Source: Candidatus Bathyarchaeota archaeon (GTDB lineage Archaea; Thermoproteota; Bathyarchaeia; Bathyarchaeales; DTEX01). From it: a stretch of DNA of 64,000 bases. Below the pieces are notes generated by a model. That model ran no database searches. It had not been told where the DNA came from and worked only from the letters and a program-made list of their open reading frames with translations. A program made the position numbers and the translations under genes. Of this stretch, positions 55,208 through 63,371 are shown one piece after another. Position 1 is the stretch's first letter. The number at the start of each line of letters is the position of its first letter. The stretch is taken from contig JAGTQF010000004.1 of the NCBI GenBank assembly GCA_018396655.1, forward strand, positions 317 to 64,316, written 5' to 3'.

Positions 55208-56698
55208 ATGAGAAAGATAAAGCATACTAAAAGCATATGTCCCGAATGCCTGAAAGTTCTGGACGCTGTAATCTTTGAGGAAAACAATATTGTTTATATT
55301 AAGAAGGAGTGCCCGGAGCACGGTTTCTTCCAAGACGTATACTGGTCTGATTATGAGCTTTATGAGCGGGCCAAAGGATTCGATTATGCCGGAAGTGGGC
55401 TTGAGAATCCAAGAACACAGACGGTGAACGGCTGCCCCTATGATTGTGGAATCTGTCCACAGCATAAGTCGCATACGGTTCTCGCAATAATAGATGTAAC
55501 AAACCGCTGCAACCTACGATGCCCAGTCTGCTTCGCAACCGCTGGAACAGCAGGCTACGTCTATGAGCCAACCATAGAGGAGATAAGAGATATTCTCGTG
55601 AATCTGCGCAGCAATAGGCCAGTTCCAGCAGATGCACTGCAGCTCTCAGGTGGGGAGCCGACAATTAGGAAGGACCTGCCGGAAATAGTTAGGATGGCGA
55701 AGGAGCTTGGCTTTAAGCATGTTGAGGTTAATACTAATGGTCTTAGAATGGCATCTGATTTAGATTTCTGTCGGGCTCTTGAGGAGGCTGGTGTAAGCAC
55801 AATTTACCTCCAATTTGATGGCGTGACGCCTGATGTTTACAGGTTCACTAGGGGTGTTGACCTGGTTGATGTTAAAAGGAGGGTTATTGAGAACTGTAGG
55901 AAGGCTGGAATAGATAGTGTGGTATTAGTTTGCACGCTTATTAGAGGCGTTAATGACCATCAGGTCGGCGATATAATCAGGTTTGCAGTTCAAAACTTTG
56001 ATGTTGTTCGGTGCGTGAACTTTCAGCCGGTTTCGCTTTGCGGTAGGATACCATCTGAGGAGCGGATGAGTATGCGCATAACTATACCGGATTGGATGAA
56101 GCTCGTTGAGAAGCAGACCGATGGGCAGATAAAGGTTTCAGACTTTTATCCAGTACCAACAGTGGTTCCAATCTCGCGGGCTGTTGGGGCAATAAAGAAT
56201 AAGCGTTATGTTGAGTTTACCGCCCACCCGCACTGTGGAATGGCAACATATGTTTTTGTTGAGAACGGACGGATAGTGCCAATAACAAAGTATGCGAATG
56301 TTGACAAATTTATAGAGTCCATGAGGAGGGTTTCTGAGGAGGCCGAGAAAGGTAATAGTATGAGGGCGAAGATGTACCTTATAGGAGCATTGCGGCATGT
56401 GAAGTTCGGCATGCTCAAAAAATACATATGGCCAATTCTAAAGACTGGAAGCTATAAGGCTTTGGGGGACCTGCATAGGAAGATGTTGATGATATCAGCC
56501 ATGCACTTCATGGACCCATACAATTTTGACTTGGAGAGAGTGCAGCGTTGTGTGATACATTATGCAACTCCAGATGGACGTATAGTTCCATTTTGCACAA
56601 TGAACTCGATACATAGACCAATTATAGAGAAGGCTTTAGGCATCCCGATAGATGAATGGAGAATGAAGCATAAAGCCGAGATAAGCGCCGTTGTCTAG
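55208..56698 (+). CDS. radical SAM enzyme of the MJ0619/Tes-like type (tetraether lipid synthase candidate)
   Basis: Contains an N-terminal zinc ribbon (CPEC...CPEHG), GCPYDCGICPQH, and the radical-SAM CNLRCPVC followed by LSGGEPT. Family assignment is from memory of the architecture, not from a search. Confidence 0.55.
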   Translation: MRKIKHTKSICPECLKVLDAVIFEENNIVYIKKECPEHGFFQDVYWSDYELYERAKGFDYAGSGLENPRTQTVNGCPYDCGICPQHKSHTVLAIIDVTNRCNLRCPVCFATAGTAGYVYEPTIEEIRDILVNLRSNRPVPADALQLSGGEPTIRKDLPEIVRMAKELGFKHVEVNTNGLRMASDLDFCRALEEAGVSTIYLQFDGVTPDVYRFTRGVDLVDVKRRVIENCRKAGIDSVVLVCTLIRGVNDHQVGDIIRFAVQNFDVVRCVNFQPVSLCGRIPSEERMSMRITIPDWMKLVEKQTDGQIKVSDFYPVPTVVPISRAVGAIKNKRYVEFTAHPHCGMATYVFVENGRIVPITKYANVDKFIESMRRVSEEAEKGNSMRAKMYLIGALRHVKFGMLKKYIWPILKTGSYKALGDLHRKMLMISAMHFMDPYNFDLERVQRCVIHYATPDGRIVPFCTMNSIHRPIIEKALGIPIDEWRMKHKAEISAVV

Positions 56699-56785
56699 AT
56701 GATACGAGAGAAACCTATAAATCCCACTTCAAAAATTTTTCTCTCTCAAAAACATCTTTATCCTTTAGGAGGGTGCTGAAAAGGC

Positions 56786-57112
56786 ATGGGTGGAAAGAAG
56801 AAGTTAACGCTCTCACAAGCCGAGAAGGCCCTAATGAGAGAAGCCCAGAAGAAGGAGGGAAAGAAAGAGACTAAAACTAAGGAGCCAGCGCGTGTAGAGA
56901 AGAAGATTGCTGGGATAATTCCGCCGGACCTTAAAGATGATAAAGTTTTAAGGGAGATACAAAGGATGAAGGTTCTAACCCCCTATACGGTTGCATCACG
57001 ATTTAACCTGCGCTTGAGCGTTGCGAAGGATTTTCTAGAGGAGCTCCAGAGGCAGGGTTTAATAGAGCATGTCTCGAGTGGGAGGCACATAAAAATCTAT
57101 AAACCCATATAG
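56786..57112 (+). CDS. rps25e: 30S ribosomal protein eS25
   Basis: K-rich N-terminus plus the wHTH-like LTPYTVASRFNLRLSVAKDFLEELQRQGLI. Confidence 0.85.
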   Translation: MGGKKKLTLSQAEKALMREAQKKEGKKETKTKEPARVEKKIAGIIPPDLKDDKVLREIQRMKVLTPYTVASRFNLRLSVAKDFLEELQRQGLIEHVSSGRHIKIYKPI

Positions 57113-57123
57113 TTGCGCTATGC

Positions 57124-59070
57124 TCACCAGCCTTCTAGAATGCTGAATATAGTCATGAGCCTATAAGTAATTCCACCTATAAATATTGCAAGGGCTATCT
57201 CAATTAACACTATTATCAGCGACCTCCTAAATCCAAACTCTTTTATGCATGCCGCCACGGTTGCGACGCATGGAACATAAAGCATCACTACAAGGGCGAA
57301 AACGAACATCTGCACTGGTGTTAAAACACTCCTGAAATCCGTTGTCCCAAGTAATGTTGCAAGAATCACTAAGGTTAGCTCCTTCCTCAACACTCCAAAA
57401 ATTAATGTTATGCCAACAATCTCTGGGAGACCGAGCCATCCAACGGTTACTGGGCTTAGGGCTTGCGATAATACGCTTAATAAGCCAAATATTTCAGTCA
57501 ACTTAATTATTATGCCGCTCGCAATGATGAGCGGAAAGGATATTTTAAGGAACTCCTCAAGCCTAAACCAAGTCTGCTTAATAATTGTTTTCATGTGCGG
57601 GAGCCTATAGTCTGGCATCTCCATTATTAGCGCTGTGGGTTCGCCGGGCAAGGTTTTAAAAGCTATTCTTCCGAGAATAAAGACTATCACCAAGTCTATT
57701 ACATAAAGTGCTAGTGCCCATTGTATTCCGAGGAATGTCCCAACAAGCCCTAATATAATGACGGTTCTAGCGGCGCAAGGTATTAATGTTGTAATGAAGC
57801 CTGCTAGAAGCCTCTCCCTCTCAGTCTCCATTATTCTGCATCCTAGACATGCTGGAACATTACATCCGTATCCGAGCATTATTGGAATGAATGCTTTTCC
57901 ATGTAAGCCTATCTTGTGCATCACCACATCCATGAGGAATGCTATTCGGGCCAGGTATCCGGAGTCTTCCAGAGTGTATAGGATTAGATAGAATGGTATT
58001 ATGTAGGGTAACGCTATAGTTATGTTTGCTATCATACCCTCAATAACCCCTCCCCAAATAATATCCTTCAATGGCCCTACGCCAAGAGTGGACTCGAAGA
58101 GTGATTCATAGCCATAGAGGAATTCACTAAGCATCTCCGAGAGGAAGCCACCGAACGAGAAGATTGCATGGAATATTCCGAGGACTACTAACGCCATTAT
58201 TATATAGCCCGCAACTCCATGCGTCGTTATATTATGTACTCTCTCGATTAATGGAGCCTTAATGGCTGGGAGAATGCGCTGGACTTCTCTCGCTATTCTG
58301 CCAGCCATCTCATAGCGCTCGGATGTTATAACGGTTGGGCATGGATGACCATGTATACTCTCAATCTCAGCAGCAATCTCCTTAACTAAATCCTTAGTGC
58401 CCGGATTCAGCCTATATATTTCCCTCTCAATCTGCTCATCGCCCTCTAGGAGCTTTATTGCAACCCATCTTGTAGGATATTTCAGCTGAAGGTCTTTGAG
58501 CGCCTCAGAGAGCCTTTTAATCCTCTCCTCAACCTCCTCACCATATTTTATTGTCGCTGGCTTGGGCACTCCCCTCTCGATTGCCTCAACAGCCCTATTA
58601 AGCAGCTCATATACGCCTTTCCCCCTTATCGCAACTGTTGGAATGACTGGCACGCCTAAAATTTCCTCAAGCCTCTTATAGTCTATTTTTATGCCTTTCT
58701 TCTCAGCCATATCAATTTGGTTTAAGGCTATAATTAGAGGGGCTTCAAGCTCCATAAGTTGTAATGTAAAGAATAGGTTTCTTTCGAGGGCTGATGCGTC
58801 CACAACGTTTATCACCAAATCCGGCTTCTCAAAAATTATGTATTCTCTTGAGATTAGCTCCTCAAGCGAAAAGGCTGAAAGAGAGTATATGCCAGGCAGG
58901 TCAACAATATCTATCGTGTAGCCCTTAAAATGGAGTGTCCCCTCAGCCCTCTCAACGGTTTTCCCAGGCCAATTCCCAATATGCTGATGCAAGCCCGTCA
59001 GCTGATTGAATATCACCGATTTCCCAACATTTGCATTTCCAGCTAACGCTATTCTGAGCTTCTTTTCCGT
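57124..59070 (-). CDS. feoB: ferrous iron transporter FeoB (5' end extended beyond the first canonical start to include the P-loop)
   Basis: G-domain motifs: GNANVGKS (encoded at 59037-59014, ending at the GTG start codon 59016-59014), DLPG and NQID, plus a polytopic permease domain. The proposed start ACG 59070 is non-canonical; see findings. Confidence 0.8.
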   Translation of the reverse strand, partial: TEKKLRIALAGNANVGKSVIFNQLTGLHQHIGNWPGKTVERAEGTLHFKGYTIDIVDLPGIYSLSAFSLEELISREYIIFEKPDLVINVVDASALERNLFFTLQLMELEAPLIIALNQIDMAEKKGIKIDYKRLEEILGVPVIPTVAIRGKGVYELLNRAVEAIERGVPKPATIKYGEEVEERIKRLSEALKDLQLKYPTRWVAIKLLEGDEQIEREIYRLNPGTKDLVKEIAAEIESIHGHPCPTVITSERYEMAGRIAREVQRILPAIKAPLIERVHNITTHGVAGYIIMALVVLGIFHAIFSFGGFLSEMLSEFLYGYESLFESTLGVGPLKDIIWGGVIEGMIANITIALPYIIPFYLILYTLEDSGYLARIAFLMDVVMHKIGLHGKAFIPIMLGYGCNVPACLGCRIMETERERLLAGFITTLIPCAARTVIILGLVGTFLGIQWALALYVIDLVIVFILGRIAFKTLPGEPTALIMEMPDYRLPHMKTIIKQTWFRLEEFLKISFPLIIASGIIIKLTEIFGLLSVLSQALSPVTVGWLGLPEIVGITLIFGVLRKELTLVILATLLGTTDFRSVLTPVQMFVFALVVMLYVPCVATVAACIKEFGFRRSLIIVLIEIALAIFIGGITYRLMTIFSILEGW

Positions 59071-59076
59071 TGTCTC

Positions 59077-59334
59077 TCACCTCTGAACCTCCACAATTAT
59101 TCTTTCAGCCATACCCCTACCCAAGGCAAGCCTATAGCCTCTAACGTAAATCTCAACAGGTCCATGGAAGGGCGCGGACTTGAGCATCGTCACTTTAGTT
59201 CCCGGCGTTAAACCCATATCCTCAAGCCTCTTATATATCCCCCGACAAAAGCGCCCAGCACATCCAGAGCCAACTTTAATTGAGGTAATCACACCGGTTT
59301 CTCCCTCCCTCAGCGCCGTCAGCGGCACTTCCAT
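59077..59334 (-). CDS. feoA: FeoA-family small SH3-like protein
   Basis: Contains L..L..GE.G.I..I, RL.DMGL.PG and V.L..R.A..I.V. Confidence 0.8.
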   Translation of the reverse strand: MEVPLTALREGETGVITSIKVGSGCAGRFCRGIYKRLEDMGLTPGTKVTMLKSAPFHGPVEIYVRGYRLALGRGMAERIIVEVQR

Positions 59335-59354
59335 TGCTCAGACCCCCGTAAGAT

Positions 59355-60023
59355 TCATCCTTCAGCCCTTCGAATCATTATGAGCGAGGCTACTCTGTGG
59401 CTTAATGCCTGAACCCTTCCATCAACTTTAATGGTTATTGGGTCATTTTGTGGAGCCTTATGGATAATCTCAATCGACCTTTCCGGCTTTACTCCAAGTT
59501 CACCAAGATACCTTAGGAATTCTGGTGTCTCCTCAATTATCCTCGAAACAATTCCCCTCTCCCCAACCTTGAATTCCGTGAGTGGATAGACCTCCTCATC
59601 GATTATTTCGCCATCCTCTGTTGGGATGGGATTCCCATGGGGGCAGACTCTTGGGCATCCGAGAACATGCTCAATCCTCCTTGCAACCTCACTATCTATC
59701 CAGTGTTCTAGATTGCATGCGAGCTCATGGGCTTTGTCCCACTCAATCTCCAGGAGGTCTGTTAAGAGGCGCTCTATAAGCCTATGTCTCCTAACAACGT
59801 CTAGGGCTATTCTACGCCCCTCATCCGTTAATCGAACACCCCTGTATGGCTCATGGACTACGAGTAGATTTCTCTCAAGCCTTTCGATTGTGTTTGTTAT
59901 TGTTCCGGGCGCAACATTGAGCATGGCAACTAAATCGCTTGTTTTAGCAATACCGCTACGCTCCTGAAGCCTATAAATCGTCTCGAGATACTCTTCGATA
60001 ACATCTGAGACTCTCTTCGGCAT
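59355..60023 (-). CDS. DtxR/IdeR/MntR-family metal-dependent repressor with a C-terminal FeoA/SH3-like domain
   Basis: Contains IEEYLETIYRL, an HTH, the RHRL.ERLL dimerisation helix, the metal-site region E.HE.ACNLEH and CPHG.PIP. Confidence 0.85.
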   Translation of the reverse strand: MPKRVSDVIEEYLETIYRLQERSGIAKTSDLVAMLNVAPGTITNTIERLERNLLVVHEPYRGVRLTDEGRRIALDVVRRHRLIERLLTDLLEIEWDKAHELACNLEHWIDSEVARRIEHVLGCPRVCPHGNPIPTEDGEIIDEEVYPLTEFKVGERGIVSRIIEETPEFLRYLGELGVKPERSIEIIHKAPQNDPITIKVDGRVQALSHRVASLIMIRRAEG

Positions 60024-60041
60024 TGAGTTCTCCTCTTTATT

Positions 60042-60078
60042 TTACGATTAACCTCAAAAATAATTACGATTAATCGTA
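60042..60078. promoter_or_regulatory. candidate operator upstream of the dtxR-feoAB operon
   Basis: TTACGATTAA occurs twice (60042-60051 and 60064-60073). The second copy lies inside the perfect palindrome TACGATTAATCGTA (60065-60078). A third TTACGATT occurs at 60610-60617. Confidence 0.4.
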
Positions 60079-60111
60079 TTTAAGCATTCCGCTACCAAAA
60101 TTGGTTTCTAT

Positions 60112-60531
60112 TTAGGGCGCCACAACAGCAATCTTAACCTGTTTAACACCCTTCTTTGCCATGAGCTCTTGTGCGAGGCTTTTTATTTCGCTGACTCTGC
60201 CATTAACGGCTATTATCTCTAGACACTTATCCTCCTCTAGGTGTATGTGTGTTGTCGATGATATTATGCTTCTGAATTTATGTTGGGCACTCATAATCTT
60301 CTCTAGGAGGTTTGGTTTATCCAGATAATATAGGACGAGTATCGCTCCAGCAACATGCTCCATCTCCCCCTGTGTCCACCTAAACTCGCTTATAAAGGTC
60401 CGCATGGCATCATGAACGGCCTTGGAGCGATTCTCATAGCCCATGCTTCTCCATGCACCATCGAACTCCTTGACAAGAGTTGGGGGAAGCGAGACGCTGA
60501 AGCGCACAACACCAGCCTTATCCTCAGACAA
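60112..60531 (-). CDS. nikR: nickel-responsive regulator NikR
   Basis: N-terminal RHH (RFSVSLPPTLVKEFD...SKAVHDAMR). C-terminal metal site H-x-H-x5-C (HIHLEEDKC). Confidence 0.8.
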   Translation of the reverse strand: MSEDKAGVVRFSVSLPPTLVKEFDGAWRSMGYENRSKAVHDAMRTFISEFRWTQGEMEHVAGAILVLYYLDKPNLLEKIMSAQHKFRSIISSTTHIHLEEDKCLEIIAVNGRVSEIKSLAQELMAKKGVKQVKIAVVAP

Positions 60532-60647
60532 CCTGGCTCACCAAGAAAAATTAATTACTTTTTGGGATATAAAGGGCGATGCTGGCTTGGTAAACCTTAT
60601 ATATTAGTATTACGATTTCAGCTTAACGTAACATTAAGGTGTTGGCA

Positions 60648-61199
60648 ATGGCATACTTCAGTAGTAAAGACATTGCCATAATCGCAATGGCATCAGCCCT
60701 TTGGGGCGTTTTAAATTGGCTCTTCTCACCAATATTCTTTAGGATGACAAGGTTACCCTTCCTATGCGACCTAATAGGTTTTTCATCATTATCCTTTGCG
60801 GTGTGGTGGGTTAGAAAAATTGGCACCGCATCTATCGTGGGTCTCCTGGCAACAATCATAAATTTTGCATTAAACCCAAGTGCCCTCCATTTTCTAGGCT
60901 TCACTGCCGCTAGTATGGCCTTCGACCTAATAACCTATGTTGTTGGATATGAGAGTGAATTTAGTGGTAAGGTTAGGACGCTAATATCGGTTGTGGGTTC
61001 ATCAGTAGTATCGGCAGCTATAGCCGGCTTAATAATAGGCTCGTTCTTCATGAGCCCCAGTGATTTAGCTAGATGGGGAGGAACATCAGGCTGGGCTGGT
61101 CTCCATGCTATAGGTGGGATATTTGGGGGAGCTGTAGGCACGCTAATAATTGAGTCGCTCAGATTAAGGGGTATTGCTCCTAAGGTCGCTGGCAAATAG
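60648..61199 (+). CDS. integral membrane protein, possibly an ECF-type substrate-capture (S) component
   Basis: 5-6 hydrophobic segments, with the N-terminus SSKDIAIIAMASALWGVLN. It is divergent from nikR. The functional call is weak. Confidence 0.35.
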   Translation: MAYFSSKDIAIIAMASALWGVLNWLFSPIFFRMTRLPFLCDLIGFSSLSFAVWWVRKIGTASIVGLLATIINFALNPSALHFLGFTAASMAFDLITYVVGYESEFSGKVRTLISVVGSSVVSAAIAGLIIGSFFMSPSDLARWGGTSGWAGLHAIGGIFGGAVGTLIIESLRLRGIAPKVAGK

Positions 61200-61203
61200 A
61201 ATA

Positions 61204-62139
61204 CTAGTGAGTTTCCCCCCTTCTCTGCGTGATTAATTCGCTCTTGCCTCTTAATAGGCTTAGCCCTAGAATGCTTGAGAAGGTTATCACTATCCCAAGC
61301 AGTTTAATTGGAGATATCTTCTCCCCCAGCGTGAATAGTGACAGAATCATCGAGACCAGCGGATAAGTTATTATTATCGACGTTGCCCTCGAAAGATTAA
61401 TGTTCCTGACGCTATAATACCAGAAGCTGTTTCCAATGGCGTAGCTTATGCTAACGCCTATTATCATTGCGCCGTAATTTCCCGGTATACCTCTGATACT
61501 CTCAAGAAAATTTTGGTCCAAAATTATTAGGGTGAAGAGTGGCGCTATGCCACCTATTAGGAGCCTAAACATAACCGTGATTAATGGGTTGACTATTCGC
61601 ATAAGATTCTTTGCAACAACGTGCCCACACTGGAAGAAGAAGGGTGCTAACAGAAATAATATGTCGCCGACGCTAATCTCCCTTACGGCACCCTCGGTTG
61701 TTATGAGGAAAACCCCTAGGAAAGCTGAAAGCGATAGTAGAATCTGCCACCCACTTATCCGCTCCCTTAATAGAAGTCGGCTCAGAACCATGCTATAAAT
61801 AACTTCCACCTGTAGGAGGAATGTGTTGCTTATCGGTGATAGGCTTAGCCCATAATACACCATGCTCAGTGGTATCGATGTTCCTATTATGCCTATCCAT
61901 AGAAACTCAAAGAGATGCTCCTTACCCAAGAAGAGGGACTCGATGATTCTGCCTGAAATAGTGTTCACTATGGCTAGGACTAATCCAGCCAGAGTGAGGA
62001 TTAGAGAGGTCAAAAGAAGCCTATTAGAAATTGCAATTACCTTAACTAGGTAGATGTTTATGCCAGTTAAAACAGTCGACACTATAGCCGATACCGTTCC
62101 AAGGCTCTCAGCGTTCAAGCGTGAATGCTTTAGTCTCAA
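61204..62139 (-). CDS. DMT-superfamily (EamA-like) transporter
   Basis: About 10 hydrophobic segments arranged as two similar halves. Confidence 0.65.
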   Translation of the reverse strand: MRLKHSRLNAESLGTVSAIVSTVLTGINIYLVKVIAISNRLLLTSLILTLAGLVLAIVNTISGRIIESLFLGKEHLFEFLWIGIIGTSIPLSMVYYGLSLSPISNTFLLQVEVIYSMVLSRLLLRERISGWQILLSLSAFLGVFLITTEGAVREISVGDILFLLAPFFFQCGHVVAKNLMRIVNPLITVMFRLLIGGIAPLFTLIILDQNFLESIRGIPGNYGAMIIGVSISYAIGNSFWYYSVRNINLSRATSIIITYPLVSMILSLFTLGEKISPIKLLGIVITFSSILGLSLLRGKSELITQRRGETH

Positions 62140-62293
62140 TCCAGCCAGCCTCTTCGGGCCTTGGTTCTTAAATGAGTATACAACTATCTTTTAAGCGTTT
62201 TCGGCTAGAATTCTGTTAAAATGGAACTCTATCTCTTTAATAATGGATTTGAAGGTTTAGACTAGCTAACTATATAACTATTAATCATCCTAA

Positions 62294-63349
62294 CTATGCA
62301 TCTCTGTTCTTACAGGGCTTTCTCATCTCCCCCATTATGGCCGATGGAATCTGCATGTCCTTCATTGTTTTTAGCCCGGGCTTCATGCAAAGGACCCTCG
62401 GTATGGAGTTTACGATTATGGCTGCTGTTCCAGCGTCACCGTGTATGCACGGCTCTATCCTCTCGTTGATTTGTGGTTCTCCGTCGATAAATATTGAGTC
62501 GTATTCTTTCTGGGCTCCAATTTGTGCCCTAAAGATTAGTGTGATGAATGGTTCACCATCCAATATACCGTGAGCTTTCTGGCTTAATCCAGAGACGAAG
62601 CCGGGCTTAACGGTGACGAAGGCGCTCTTAACTTCCTTCTCGGTTATTATTGGCTCTATTGGCTCCTCATAGATTCCGTCAAGCTTTATGTTGAGGGCAT
62701 CTGCAATAATAGCTATTGACTGCTTAAGCCCAACATGTCCAGTTATCTCATACCTAAATATCTTCTCTCTGAATTCATCTGGGCTTAGCCCAGCACCAAT
62801 CTTCAGTTGGAATGGCAGCCTACGCTTAGCAGCGTCTATAACCCTCTCAACAATTATGCGCTTAATCTCTTGGCATGCAGCCGTCAATGTTATTACGAGC
62901 GTATCCATGAGGAAACCCGGGTTTATTCCAGTTCCAAGAACTGCAACGTTGTGCTTCTTAGCCAGCTTGTCAATCTTTTTAGAGAGCTCCTCACTTACAA
63001 TATACGGGTAGGAGAGCTCCTCACATGTGGATATCACATTAAAGCCCCTCTCAACTAGCTCGATAATCTGAGGATAGGCCTTCTCAAGAAACGATGTTGT
63101 CGCATGTATGGCAACATCACCCCTAACATTAAGTTCGCTGATGCTCCCGCAAATCGTTACGCCCAGCTTCTCCTTAAGGCCGATAGCCTCGCCTAAATCC
63201 ATTCCAATCTTATTCGGCGCCGAATCAACCGCGCCAACAATCTTCACACCCCTCTTTTTAAGCAGTAATCTAGCTATCTCGCGGCCTATTGCCCCAACGC
63301 CGACGAGAACAACCCTAATCTCAGAGTTTGATCGCTCAGCTCTACCCAC
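62294..63349 (-). CDS. DapB-N-like NAD(P)-dependent oxidoreductase (amine dehydrogenase / 2,4-diaminopentanoate dehydrogenase-like family)
   Basis: N-terminal Rossmann motif IRVVLVGVGAIGREIARLLL...VKIVGAVD; length about 350 aa. Family recalled from memory. Confidence 0.4.
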   Translation of the reverse strand: MGRAERSNSEIRVVLVGVGAIGREIARLLLKKRGVKIVGAVDSAPNKIGMDLGEAIGLKEKLGVTICGSISELNVRGDVAIHATTSFLEKAYPQIIELVERGFNVISTCEELSYPYIVSEELSKKIDKLAKKHNVAVLGTGINPGFLMDTLVITLTAACQEIKRIIVERVIDAAKRRLPFQLKIGAGLSPDEFREKIFRYEITGHVGLKQSIAIIADALNIKLDGIYEEPIEPIITEKEVKSAFVTVKPGFVSGLSQKAHGILDGEPFITLIFRAQIGAQKEYDSIFIDGEPQINERIEPCIHGDAGTAAIIVNSIPRVLCMKPGLKTMKDMQIPSAIMGEMRKPCKNRDA

Positions 63350-63371
63350 TTAATCCACCTCCACTGTTGTG

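Noticed and set aside
59077-59079. The in-frame TGA between feoA and feoB considered as a selenocysteine codon.
   Set aside because: I could see no SECIS-like stem-loop. No selenoprotein context exists for FeoA or FeoB. TGA is used as an ordinary stop by other genes here, for example nnr at 3047-3049. Read-through or a non-canonical start remain possible and are reported as a finding.
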